A stretch of DNA of 64,000 nt from Eledone cirrhosa (lineage: Eukaryota), in NCBI GenBank assembly GCA_964016885.1, contig OZ024743.1:234608001-234672000 (forward strand), in the 5' to 3' direction. Positions within the stretch are counted from its first letter, which is position 1; the number at the start of each line of letters is the position of its first letter. The notes beneath the pieces are model-generated. The model saw nothing but the letters and a program-made list of their open reading frames with translations. It was not told the origin of the DNA and did no database searches. The position numbers and the translations under genes are program-made. Positions 27,901 to 44,541 of this stretch are shown here, one piece after another.

Positions 27901-30054
27901 GAGAAAATGCGGTGGTAGGGGAAGTATGATTTTTAGAGAAAAGATATGATATATAATGGTGAAAATATGATATAGTGTGAAATTAGGACATAGAAGTGAT
28001 TGAATGAATGGGTTCGGATGGAGAGAAGGATCGAGAAAGAAATTGGGCATAATTTAACAATAAACGAAAATACAAGATTTGTTTTGTTTAAGAAATTACG
28101 ATAGAGAAAATGCGGTGGTAGGGGAAGTATGATTTTTAGAGAAAAGATATGATATATAGATATGATATATAATGGTGAAAATATGATATAGTGTGAAATT
28201 AGGACATAGAAGTGATTGAATGAATGGGTTCGGATGGAGAGAAGGATCGAGAAAGAAATTGGGCATAATTTAACAATAAACGAAAATACAAGATTTGTTT
28301 TGTTTAAGAAATTACGATAGAGAAAATGCGGTGGTAGGGGAAGTATGATTTTTAGAGAAAAGATATGATATATAGATATGATATATAATGGTGAAAATAT
28401 GATATAGTGTGAAATTAGGACATAGAAGTGATTGAATGAATGGGTTCGGATGGAGAGAAGGATCGAGAAAGAAATTGGGCATAATTTAACAATAAACGAA
28501 AATACAAGATTTGTTTTGTTTAAGAAATTACGATAGCGAGAATGTAAGGATTAAGATAAGATCGCCGTATTTTGGGCATGATTTAACAATAAACGAAAAT
28601 ACAAGATTTGTTTTGTTTAAGAAATTGCGATAGAGAAAATGCGGTGGTAGGGGAAGTATGATTTTTAGAGAAAAGATATGATATATAATGGTGAAAATAT
28701 GATATAGTGTGAAATTAGGACATAGAAGTGATTGAATGAATGGGTTCGGATGGAGAGAAGGATCGAGAAAGAAATTGGGCATAATTTAACAATAAACGAA
28801 AATACAAGATTTGTTTTGTTTAAGAAATTACGATAGAGAAAATGCGGTGGTAGGGGAAGTATGATTTTTAGAGAAAAGATATGATATATAGATATGATAT
28901 ATAATGGTGAAAATATGATATAGTGTGAAATTAGGACATAGAAGTGATTGAATGAATGGGTTCGGATGGAGAGAAGGATCGAGAAAGAAATTGGGCATAA
29001 TTTAACAATAAACGAAAATACAAGATTTGTTTTGTTTAAGAAATTACGATAGCGAGAATGTAAGGATTAAGATAAGATCGCCGTATTTTGGGCATGATTT
29101 AACAATAAACGAAAATACAAGATTTGTTTTGTTTAAGAAATTGCGATAGAGAAAATGCGGTGGTAGGGGAAGTATGATTTTTAGAGAAAAGATATGATAT
29201 ATAATGGTGAAAATATGATATAGTGTGAAATTAGGACATAGAAGTGATTGAATGAATGGGTTCGGATGGAGAGAAGGATCGAGAAAGAAATTGGGCATAA
29301 TTTAACAATAAACGAAAATACAAGATTTGTTTTGTTTAAGAAATTACGATAGAGAAAATGCGGTGGTAGGGGAAGTATGATTTTTAGAGAAAAGATATGA
29401 TATATAGATATGATATATAATGGTGAAAATATGATATAGTGTGAAATTAGGACATAGAAGTGATTGAATGAATGGGTTCGGATGGAGAGAAGGATCGAGA
29501 AAGAAATTGGGCATAATTTAACAATAAACGAAAATACAAGATTTGTTTTGTTTAAGAAATTACGATAGAGAAAATGCGGTGGTAGGGGAAGTATGATTTT
29601 TAGAGAAAAGATATGATATATAGATATGATATATAATGGTGAAAATATGATATAGTGTGAAATTAGGACATAGAAGTGATTGAATGAATGGGTTCGGATG
29701 GAGAGAAGGATCGAGAAAGAAATTGGGCATAATTTAACAATAAACGAAAATACAAGATTTGTTTTGTTTAAGAAATTACGATAGAGAAAATGCGGTGGTA
29801 GGGGAAGTATGATTTTTAGAGAAAAGATATGATATATAGATATGATATATAATGGTGAAAATATGATATAGTGTGAAATTAGGACATAGAAGTGATTGAA
29901 TGAATGGGTTCGGATGGAGAGAAGGATCGAGAAAGAAATTGGGCATAATTTAACAATAAACGAAAATACAAGATTTGTTTTGTTTAAGAAATTACGATAG
30001 AGAAAATGCGGTGGTAGGGGAAGTATGATTTTTAGAGAAAAGATATGATATATA
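6982..30054 (-). repeat. 23-kb higher-order tandem array: 40 units of [97-bp A + 203-bp B + one or two 216-bp B'], giving 516 or 732 bp
   Basis: Spacing of the repeated short ORF gives 30 intervals of 516 and 9 of 732. The last unit carries three B' monomers plus a partial one. The only substitution I noticed is A>C at 18942. Confidence 0.97.
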
Positions 30055-30906
<852 letters not shown>

Positions 30907-30994
30907 GTGTAGGAGGTGAGTTTTATTGTAGTACAATAAAGCAATGCAGATATCGGATAAGAAGCACTCTACAGTTTGTGGGACTGGAGTATGC

Positions 30995-31480
<486 letters not shown>

Positions 31481-31481
31481 C

Positions 31482-31661
<180 letters not shown>

Positions 31662-31663
31662 AC

Positions 31664-31760
<97 letters not shown>

Positions 31761-31767
31761 TATATAC

Positions 31768-31800
<33 letters not shown>

Positions 31801-31823
31801 CATATATTAACATATATACATAT

Positions 31824-33773
31824 ATTAAAACAAACCCTAAGGCCTTCTTTAAATTTGCAAAAGAAACTGCCTCAGTACACTGCAAGATTGGACCACTCTT
31901 CCACACAGACGGTTCATTAACCGAAAATCCCCAAGAGATATGTGAAATACTGAACGAACAGTACAAAAGTGTCTTCACATGTCCACTGAGGCACATGCAA
32001 ATAACGAAGCCAGAGGAGTTCTTTGATGCCACAACACTACATCAAGAAATGGCAACCATCAACCACATAGACATAACGGAGGAGGATGTGGTGTACGCCA
32101 TTGATGAAATTAGAACAGACTCGGCTGCTGGACCTGATGGATTCCCAGCAGTTCTCCTAAAAATATGTAAGCGGGCCTTAGCAACTCCACTGAAGATGCT
32201 CTTCAGAAGCTCCTTGGCTAGCGGTGTACTACCCAGGGAGCTGAAAGAAGGCACAATATGCCCTATCCATAAAGGAGGTAATAGAGCGGAGGCCAAGAAC
32301 TATAGGCCAGTCTCCCTGACGTCGCATATCAGTAAGGTCATGGAGCGAGTCGTCAGAAAGAAACTAATCACTTTCCTCGAAGAAAATGACCGCCTGACTA
32401 GCACCCAACATGGCTTCCGCCCAGGAAGAAGCTGCCTTACACAGCTGCTACATCACTACGACTGGCTACTGAGACAACTACTAGACAGCTCACATGTAGA
32501 CGTGATATATCTTGACTTTGCGAAGGCCTTTGACAAGGTCGACCACGGAATGATATGTCACAAACTACACGGACTCGGCATAACTGGAAAAGTAGGTGAG
32601 TGGCTGCATGGCTTCCTAAGGGACAGAAGCCAGGCAGTCGCAGCAAATGGGGCCCTCTCGAGGGAAACACCGATAACAAGTGGGGTGCCTCAGGGGACAG
32701 TCCTGGGACCACTACTGTTTTTGGTGGCTCTCTCGGACATGCCCTCTGTGGTGCATGCAACAACATCCCTCACTAGCTATGCTGATGACACTAAGGTAGC
32801 ACAGGCAATCAAAAACCCGGCTGACGCTGCCCTCTTACAGCAGGATCTGGATGCCATATACAGATGGGCGGAAGAAAACAACATGCAGTTTAATGCTGGC
32901 AAATTCCAAGCCCTACAATACAAACCTGCAAACACAAACACAAATATAGCGGAACACAGCTACACAGGACCAGGGGGGACCGATATCCCCGTGTCAAAAT
33001 CGATACGAGACCTGGGCATAGACATGAGCGATGATGCATCTTTTTCTTCACACATCATGAAGGTGGCGACAGCATGTAGACGATTCGCTGGCTGGATCTT
33101 GAGGACTTTCCTTACAAGAGATCGAGACACCATGTTGACACTGTGGAGGACTTTTGTCCTAAGCCGCCTGGACTACTGCTCCCAGCTGTGGTCACCCCCA
33201 TAGTGTCAAACTAACCACGGAGCTTGAGGCAATCCAGCGAAGCTACACCAAGAGGATTGCCAAGATGAGGGAGACAAGCTACTGGGAGAGGCTGAAGGAA
33301 CTGAACCTCTACTCCTTGGAGCGAAGACGGGAGATACGCAGTGATCTACATGTGGAAAATCCTGGAGGGACTAGCACCAAACTTGGCATTGGGAGCTGGA
33401 CCAACCGTCGAACAGGACGTCACTGTGTGGTGCCAAAGGTCCCGTCTTCCACATCTAGAATAAGGAGCAGGTATTGCAATAGCCTGGGATTCAAGGGCCC
33501 TCAACTCTTCAACAGGCTGCCGAGGCATCTGCGATACTTGCATGACGTGGAGGTGGATGTCTTTAAGAAACATCTCGACACCTTGTTGTCCAGGATCCCG
33601 GATGAGCCCACAGCAAGACACGAGGGAAACCAAAGGGCAGCAGCAACAAACTCCCTCCTACACCAGTGGCCAACCTATACAGGCTGGAGATAAAATGTGT
33701 AGCAACAAGGGCGGTGCCCCAGCATGGCCTCAGCCGGATGGCTGAAACAGGTAAAAGAGTAAAAGAGTAAAAG
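31824..33773 (+). mobile_element. CR1-group (CR1/L2-like) LINE, 5'-truncated, RT and C-terminus, with (GTAAAAGA)n tail
   Basis: [91 protein letters not shown]. Frameshifts near 33200 and 33330. Tail gtaaaagagtaaaagagtaaaaga ends at ~33774. Confidence 0.9.
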
Positions 33774-33774
33774 A

Positions 33775-34807
<1,033 letters not shown>

Positions 34808-34975
34808 AAACGAAACGAAATTTAATTTCGTTTCGTTATTTGTTTTTATCGTCTCCGCTGAACCGGTACGTACTCACGCTCTATGCAAATTAGTCTGCCC
34901 ACTACTAATTTTCATAGAAAAAGCATATAACGATATGTGCTTTTACGATTCTCTAGAAAGGCCGGAAGATAGGTA

Positions 34976-35020
34976 AATATTGCTGATGAGATGTAACAAC
35001 ATCGAAACTAGTCCAATATT
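34976..35020 (+). ncRNA. Minimal type I hammerhead ribozyme, copy 1
   Basis: aatattg CTGATGA gatgt-aaca-acatc GAAA ctag TC caatatt: 7-bp stem I, 5-bp stem II, palindromic ACTAGT stem III, GUC cleavage triplet. Confidence 0.93.
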
Positions 35021-35441
35021 CCTTGTCTGGCTTTCTGGAGAATAGAGGAAAGGTGTTTCCTCGAAAACCAGTATGACTCTAAAAACCGGTTTGTCTGTGT
35101 GTTTACATACAGAATAGCTGGACACTCACAGTAAAGTGTCCAGTGAAAAACTCGGTACATCTACATATGTACACGTGTGTGTATTCATATGCATACTAGT
35201 ATTTCAGTATACATATGTGGATGTACATTTTTAATTTAATTGTTTAAGCGTCAGTCATACAAAAGTGAGTTACAAACGAAACGAAATTTAATTTCGTTTC
35301 GTTATTTGTTTTTATCGTCTCCGCTGAACCGGTACGTACTCACGCTCTATGCAAATTAGTCTGCCCACTACTAATTTTCATAGAAAAAGCATATAACGAT
35401 ATGTGCTTTTACGATTCTCTAGAAAGGCCGGAAGATAGGTA

Positions 35442-35486
35442 AATATTGCTGATGAGATGTAACAACATCGAAACTAGTCCAATATT
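35442..35486 (+). ncRNA. Minimal type I hammerhead ribozyme, copy 2
   Basis: Identical to copy 1, offset by 466. Confidence 0.93.
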
Positions 35487-35907
35487 CCTTGTCTGGCTTT
35501 CTGGAGAATAGAGGAAAGGTGTTTCCTCGAAAACCAGTATGACTCTAAAAACCGGTTTGTCTGTGTGTTTACATACAGAATAGCTGGACACTCATAGTAA
35601 AGTGTCCAGTGAAAAACTCGGTACATCTACATATGTACACGTGTGTGTATTCATATGCATACTAGTATTTCAGTATACATATGTGGATGTACATTTTTAA
35701 TTTAATTGTTTAAGCGTCAGTCATACAAAAGTGAGTTACAAACGAAACGAAATTTAATTTCGTTTCGTTATTTGTTTTTATCGTCTCCGCTGAACCGGTA
35801 CGTACTCACGCTCTATGCAAATTAGTCTGCCCACTACTAATTTTCATAGAAAAAGCATATAACGATATGTGCTTTTACGATTCTCTAGAAAGGCCGGAAG
35901 ATAGGTA

Positions 35908-35952
35908 AATATTGCTGATGAGATGTAACAACATCGAAACTAGTCCAATATT
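35908..35952 (+). ncRNA. Minimal type I hammerhead ribozyme, copy 3
   Basis: Identical to copy 1, offset by 932. Confidence 0.93.
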
Positions 35953-36373
35953 CCTTGTCTGGCTTTCTGGAGAATAGAGGAAAGGTGTTTCCTCGAAAAC
36001 CAGTATGACTCTAAAAACCGGTTTGTCTGTGTGTTTACATACAGAATAGCTGGACACTCACAGTAAAGTGTCCAGTGAAAAACTCGGTACATCTACATAT
36101 GTACACGTGTGTGTATTCATATGCATACTAGTATTTCAGTATACATATGTGGATGTACATTTTTAATTTAATTGTTTAAGCGTCAGTCATACAAAAGTGA
36201 GTTACAAACGAAACGAAATTTAATTTCGTTTCGTTATTTGTTTTTATCGTCTCCGCTGAACCGGTACGTACTCACGCTCTATGCAAATTAGTCTGCCCAC
36301 TACTAATTTTCATAGAAAAAGCATATAACGATATGTGCTTTTACGATTCTCTAGAAAGGCCGGAAGATAGGTA

Positions 36374-36418
36374 AATATTGCTGATGAGATGTAACAACAT
36401 CGAAACTAGTCCAATATT
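36374..36418 (+). ncRNA. Minimal type I hammerhead ribozyme, copy 4
   Basis: Identical to copy 1, offset by 1398. Confidence 0.93.
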
Positions 36419-36839
36419 CCTTGTCTGGCTTTCTGGAGAATAGAGGAAAGGTGTTTCCTCGAAAACCAGTATGACTCTAAAAACCGGTTTGTCTGTGTGT
36501 TTACATACAGAATAGCTGGACACTCACAGTAAAGTGTCCAGTGAAAAACTCGGTACATCTACATATGTACACGTGTGTGTATTCATATGCATACTAGTAT
36601 TTCAGTATACATATGTGGATGTACATTTTTAATTTAATTGTTTAAGCGTCAGTCATACAAAAGTGAGTTACAAACGAAACGAAATTTAATTTCGTTTCGT
36701 TATTTGTTTTTATTGTCTCCGCTGAACCGGTACGTACTCACGCTCTATGCAAATTAGTCTGCCCACTACTAATTTTCATAGAAAAAGCATATAACGATAT
36801 GTGCTTTTACGATTCTCTAGAAAGGCCGGAAGATAGGTA

Positions 36840-36884
36840 AATATTGCTGATGAGATGTAACAACATCGAAACTAGTCCAATATT
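36840..36884 (+). ncRNA. Minimal type I hammerhead ribozyme, copy 5
   Basis: Identical to copy 1, offset by 1864. Confidence 0.93.
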
Positions 36885-37177
36885 CCTTGTCTGGCTTTCT
36901 GGAGAATAGAGGAAAGGTGTTTCCTCGAAAACCAGTATGACTCTAAAAACCGGTTTGTCTGTGTGTTTACATACAGAATAGCTGGACACTCACAGTAAAG
37001 TGTCCAGTGAAAAACTCGGTACATCTACATATGTACACGTGTGTGTATTCATATGCATACTAGTATTTCAGTATACATATGTGGATGTACATTTTTAATT
37101 TAATTATATATATATATATATGTATATACATATATATACATATATATATATACATATATATACATATATATATATAC

Positions 37178-37278
<101 letters not shown>

Positions 37279-37339
37279 AATTGTTAAAAAAATAATGAAT
37301 AAACAAAGAAACAGTTCACTTATATTAAACAAAAAAAGT

Positions 37340-37480
37340 TCATTATTTTACGATCGTTTCTAGGACATATATGTGTTAGAATTGGTATGCATATTCAAAA
37401 GATCTATGTACAAAATTATACAAACTATCAGAGAGAATATACATACCTTCACATATATATGCTGTCTTCAGAAATAATGA
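37340..37480 (-). ncRNA. Type I hammerhead ribozyme with long stem II, in the left pLTR
   Basis: Reverse complement reads tcattattt CTGAAGA ...~104 nt... GAAA cgatcg TA aaataatga. Confidence 0.8.
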
Positions 37481-37735
37481 TGCTTGTTTATTGATAATAA
37501 CAACAATTCAAAATAATAGGTCTGTTTGGGAACAGATTTTGAATAGACCAATGAAATAAAGATTGAGATACATAAAAATTTATCAAGAAAATACACTTAG
37601 GTGTGTATATATGTATGTAAATACGCTCACAGATGTGCATAAAAGTGTATGCTCATATGTATACGTATAGTGAAAAAGTGTATGTAAATTTAAAATTCAG
37701 GGCTAATGTATCTGTATGTCTGTAATCAACAGACA

Positions 37736-37790
<55 letters not shown>

Positions 37791-38244
37791 AAGTATATGA
37801 ATATTGAGGCGCTCACATAAACACGCACACACACACTTACATTTACATGCGGAAGTAAAAGAGGTAAGGGAGTATAGTAATTAAAGGAAAGTGTCAATCT
37901 CGACATACTTATAAAAATGTATCTATAAATTAGAAATAAAAAAAAAAATTTATATAGAAGGAAAAAACTCAAGAAAAGAAGACAAAAAAAGACAAAAAAA
38001 GGGGGGGGGTACGTACATACACAGACACGCATGTCTCACAAATCACAAAAGAAACATAAAAAAACATAAAAGAGAGACATAAAATATACATGCTTATATA
38101 CACACGCACATTTACACATCCATACTTTCGATACGTACATACATACACACACACATACACATACTTACACTCACGCATATTGACCTGTTTGTATGCACAC
38201 ACATAAAAATAAGTAAAACATATACTCATACATATAAATATACA

Positions 38245-38304
<60 letters not shown>

Positions 38305-38455
38305 TACCCATGTATATATACAACCACACTCACACACACACTCAGACATACTTATATATAGACATACACACACATATATACACACAGTCAGACACATATA
38401 CACATATATACACATACATACACACATCTCTACACATACATGTACATACACATAT

Positions 38456-38542
<87 letters not shown>

Positions 38543-38634
38543 CATATATATGCATACACATGTATTTTTATACTCACATGCAAACACACATACATACATA
38601 CACACTTACATACACATACACACATCCACGCTTA

Positions 38635-39800
38635 ATATGTGTTTACTTAGTTAAAGCTTAATATGTGTTTACTTCGTGGTATCAGTTTTAGGAAATGGTA
38701 TTTGTAAGAAGGAAAGCCAAATTATGTATTTTAATATAAGTAGAATATTAATTATAGGTTAACTAAAATAAAATAAAAATAAAAATAGTTAATATATTAA
38801 TTTCTAAGGTGTATACTAATTAGGTTTATAATATTTAAAGCGGAATTTTGAAGTTAAACAGTAGTAGAGTATTAATTATAGCATAACTAAATTAAAAATA
38901 ATTACATATATTTACATGATGGTATCAATTTTAGGAAATGAATTTTGTAAGAGGGAAAGCCAAATTAAGTAATTCATCGGTAATAGATTATTAATTATAG
39001 GTTAACTAAATTAAAAATTATATATTAATTTCTATAGTATATGTTAATTAGGTTTATAATATTTAAAGCAGAATTTTGTATTTTATCTATAGTAGAATTT
39101 TAATTATAGGTTAACTAAATTAAAATTAATCTATATATTAATTTGTAAAGTGTATATTAATTAAGTATATATTTAAAAGTTTTTCTCAGTTTATGATTAC
39201 AAGATATTTTGCATTTCATCTGTATTAGAATTTTAATTATAAGTTAACTAAATTAAAATTATAGGTTAACTAAATTAAAATTAATTTATATATTAATTTC
39301 TAAATTGTATATTAATTAGGTTTATAATATTAAAAAGTTTTTCTCCATTTTTAATTACACGATATTTTGTTGTATTTCATCTGTAATAGAATTTTAATAA
39401 TAGGTTAAATAAACTAAACTTAATCTATATATTAATTTCTAAAGTATATATTAATTAGGTTAATAATATTTAAATGTTTTTCTCAGTTTATGATTATATG
39501 ATATTTTTTATTTCATCTGTAGTAGAATTTTAATTAAATTAGAATTATAGGTTAACTACATTAAAATTAATCTATATATTAATTTCTAAAGTATATATTA
39601 ATTAGGTTAATAATATTTAAATGTTTTTCTCAGTTTATGATTATACGATATTTTTTATTTCATCTGTAGTAGAATTTTAATTAAATTAGAATTATAGGTT
39701 AACTACATTAAAATTAATTTATATATTAATTTCTAAGATATATATTATTAATTAGGTTTATAATATTTAAATGTTTTTCTCAGTTTATGATTACACGATA
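38635..39800 (-). repeat. Degenerate AT-rich tandem repeats (~120-150 bp) in the PLE 3' UTR, containing copies of the ORF end
   Basis: 147-bp period at 39422/39569/39716. The ORF terminus ttaattaggtttataatatttaaatgtttttctcagtttatgattac recurs with increasing divergence towards the left. Confidence 0.8.
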
Positions 39801-40533
39801 TTATTAATTCCTGTCGCTTATTTAATAGGATATCCTTAGATTTCATTATTTCAAATAGTTCTTGGGAACACAATCTACATTCATTTCTATTATTTTGATA
39901 AGGGGTGGCTCTTTTGAGCACATTCCAGGTCATATCATATTCTATATTCATCTTTCTATAACTATTAATTTTTTCTGCTAGAGATGTTGTATTAGCCAGT
40001 GCGGCATTTTTAAAACTATGTTTGTGGGTATTAAATCTTACCTTAAAATTGTTAGAAGTAGCTCCTATATATGAGCAAATAGAATCCTTAGTTTTAACTT
40101 TACATTTATATACTATGTTGTTAAGACAATTTCCTTTTAATGGGCAGTTTGCCTTGTTTCTACAGTTACAACCTTTCGTTAATTCTGTATTTGAGGAGAT
40201 ATTATGGCTAGTTTGATGTACTGGTGGTATACTTATGTTTTTTTTACATTTATATGCATTATAGGCACTTATATTTTGTTTTATGTTTTTGGTTGTTGAG
40301 TATGAGAATTTAACTGTTGATCTATTTAAGATTTGATGGTATTTGTGGTTTGGCGGGAAGTTTTTCTCTAGGATATTAAAGAATTTTTTAGGTATATTAT
40401 CCTTAATTTGTAAATTAAATGGAGCATTATACCAAGTAACACGTCTATTACGGTTTCTATGTTGTTTATTGTTTTTATAGGATGCATCCTTATGTTTACT
40501 AGGAGGATTATTGTTAATGACCTCTCCACGCAC
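39748..40533 (-). CDS. C-terminal fragment of PLE polyprotein: linker, Cys-rich motif and GIY-YIG endonuclease (RT missing)
   Basis: RRVTWYNAPF...FPPNHKYHQILNRSTVKFSYS...CNCRNKANCPLKGNC...IVYKC...YIGAT...FKVRFNTHKHSF...CRLC..E...LLNKRQE...CNH matches Neptune-type PLE endonuclease architecture. Confidence 0.9.
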   Translation of the reverse strand: MRGEVINNNPPSKHKDASYKNNKQHRNRNRRVTWYNAPFNLQIKDNIPKKFFNILEKNFPPNHKYHQILNRSTVKFSYSTTKNIKQNISAYNAYKCKKNISIPPVHQTSHNISSNTELTKGCNCRNKANCPLKGNCLNNIVYKCKVKTKDSICSYIGATSNNFKVRFNTHKHSFKNAALANTTSLAEKINSYRKMNIEYDMTWNVLKRATPYQNNRNECRLCSQELFEIMKSKDILLNKRQELIISCNHKLRKTFKYYKPN

Positions 40534-40976
40534 ATTTTTAGTTAGATTTATTGATTTAGGTGTTTTAGCTTGTTTATTAGGAGTTTTATTATTAAGCTTT
40601 AACTGCAGGTTAGTATTCTATGTTCCTTGAAACCTATATATTTACTATTTCTCACTAATAAATTAGTAAGCGTGGATGTGTGTATGTGTATGTAAGTGTG
40701 TATGTATGTATGTGTGTTTGCATGTGAGTATAAAAATACATGTGTATGCATATATATGTATGTGTATATATATGTATGTGTATATATATATATGTGCATA
40801 TATATGTATGTGTATATATATATATATATATGTGTATATGTGTATGTACATGTATGTGTAGAGATGTGTGTATGTATGTGTATATGTGTCTGACTGTGTG
40901 TATATATGTGTGTGTATGTCTATATATATGTATGTCTGAGTGTGTGTGTGAGTGTGGTTGTATATATACATGGGTA

Positions 40977-41026
<50 letters not shown>

Positions 41027-41468
41027 TGTATATTTATATGTATGAGTATATGTTTTACTTATTTTTATGTGTGTGCATACAAACAGGTCAATATGCGTGA
41101 GTGTAAGTATGTGTATGTGTGTGTGTATGTATGTACGTATCGAACGTATGGATGTGTAAATGTGCGTGTGTATATAAGCATGTATATTTTATGTCTCTCT
41201 TTTATGTTTTTTTATGTTTCTTTTGTGAGACATGCGTGTCTGTGTATGTACGTACCCCCCCCTTCTTTTTGTCTTTTTTTGTCTTCTTTTCTTGAGTTTT
41301 TGCCTTCTATATAAAAAAAAATTTTTATTTCTAATTTATAGATACATTTTTATAAGTATGTCGAGATTGACACTTTCCTTTAATTACTATACTCCCTTAC
41401 CTCTTTTACTTCCGCATCTAAATGTAAGTGTGTGTGTGCGTGTTTATGTGCTCAATATTCATATACTT

Positions 41469-41499
<31 letters not shown>

Positions 41500-41756
41500 T
41501 CTGTCTGTTGATTACAGACATGCAGATACATTAGCCCTAAATTTTAAATTTACATACACTTTTTCACTATACGTATACATATGAGCATACACTTTTATGC
41601 ACATCTGTGAGCGTATTTACATACATATATACACACCTAACTGTATTTTCTTGATAAATTTTTATGTATCTCAATCTTTATTTCATTGGTCTATTCAAAA
41701 TCTGTTCCCAAACAGACCTATTATTTTGAATTGTTGTTATTATCAATAAACAAGCA

Positions 41757-41897
41757 TCATTATTTCTGAAGACAGCATATATATGTGAAGGTATGTATAT
41801 TCTCTCTGATAGTTTGTATAATTTTGTACATAGATCTTTTGAATATGCATACCAATTCTAAAACATATATGTCCTAGAAACGATCGTAAAATAATGA
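41757..41897 (+). ncRNA. Type I hammerhead ribozyme with long stem II, in the right (inverted) pLTR
   Basis: tcattattt(41757) CTGAAGA(41766) ... GAAA(41877) cgatcg TA aaataatga. Perfect 9-bp stem I. Stem II contains catatat/atatatg and ggtatgtatattc/gaatatgcatacc pairings. Confidence 0.82.
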
Positions 41898-42092
41898 ACT
41901 TTTTTTGTTTAATATAAGTGAACTGTTTCTTTGTTTATTCATTATTTTTTTAATAATTTATCTTGACTCTGTTTTCCGTTTATCTTTCACCGAAAGTGAT
42001 TTTTGAATGCATCTATTCTTTTCATGATATCCGGATTACATTGAGTTCTTCATACGGATTGGACACTACCGTAAACTTTTGGTAGATTTATC

Positions 42093-44095
<2,003 letters not shown>

Positions 44096-44097
44096 AT

Positions 44098-44315
44098 TTT
44101 AGGATCGATCGACTTTCGTCAAATCGGACCGAGGAAACAATGTTTCCATTGGTCTTTCCAGTTGCTAGTACTATCTATCGGTCGCAACTCCAGGTAGAAG
44201 GAGCAATGTGAAATAAAGTGTCTTGCCCAAGGACATAACGCATCGCCCGGTCCAGGAATCGAACTCACAACCTTAACATTGTGAATCCAATTCTCTAACC
44301 ACTCAGCTACACGCC
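44098..44315 (-). mobile_element. tRNA-derived SINE
   Basis: Reverse complement starts ggcgtgTAGCTGAGTGG (A box) ... gagTTCGATTCC (B box), then tgtccttgggcaagacacttt. Homologous to 46483-46679. Confidence 0.87.
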
Positions 44316-44403
44316 TTCACTATATATATATATATATATATACACATAGATATATATATATACACATATATATATATATACACATATATATATATATATA
44401 CAC

Positions 44404-44513
<110 letters not shown>

Positions 44514-44541
44514 AAAACCACAGACCCTCCATCTCAACTCA

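Larger units (their letters stand above)
3133..30054 (-). mobile_element. Full-length RTE-clade LINE: (GAT)n tail, ~500-bp 3' UTR, intact ORF, short unique 5' UTR and 23-kb 5' tandem array
   Basis: (ATC)7 at 3133-3153 is the 3' tail on the minus strand. ORF at 3645-6890. Unique 5' UTR ~6891-6981 joins the array with no intervening TA tract. TA microsatellite flanks both outer ends. Counting the array as part of the element is an inference. Confidence 0.75.
34808..37105 (+). mobile_element. Retrozyme-like tandem array: ~4.9 copies of a 466-bp structured monomer, one HHR per unit
   Basis: Period 466 (aaacgaaacg at 34808, 35274, and so on). Units nearly identical (variants noticed at 35595 and 36714). 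Non-coding, many hairpins, TA flanks. Confidence 0.88.

Noticed and set aside
6895-29298. 40 repeated ORFs ([10 protein letters not shown]..., 84 aa; first copy 111 aa) as a tandem gene family
   Set aside because: No recognisable domain, composition mirrors the pyrimidine-rich strand, and identity simply reflects the DNA repeat.
6982-30054. CRISPR-like array next to an RT
   Set aside because: No unique spacers, units of hundreds of bp, eukaryotic context and no cas genes.
34943-36989. Repeated 60-aa minus-strand ORFs in the 466-bp array
   Set aside because: Non-ATG start, antisense to the ribozyme, and no sign of conservation in the diverged sister monomer.
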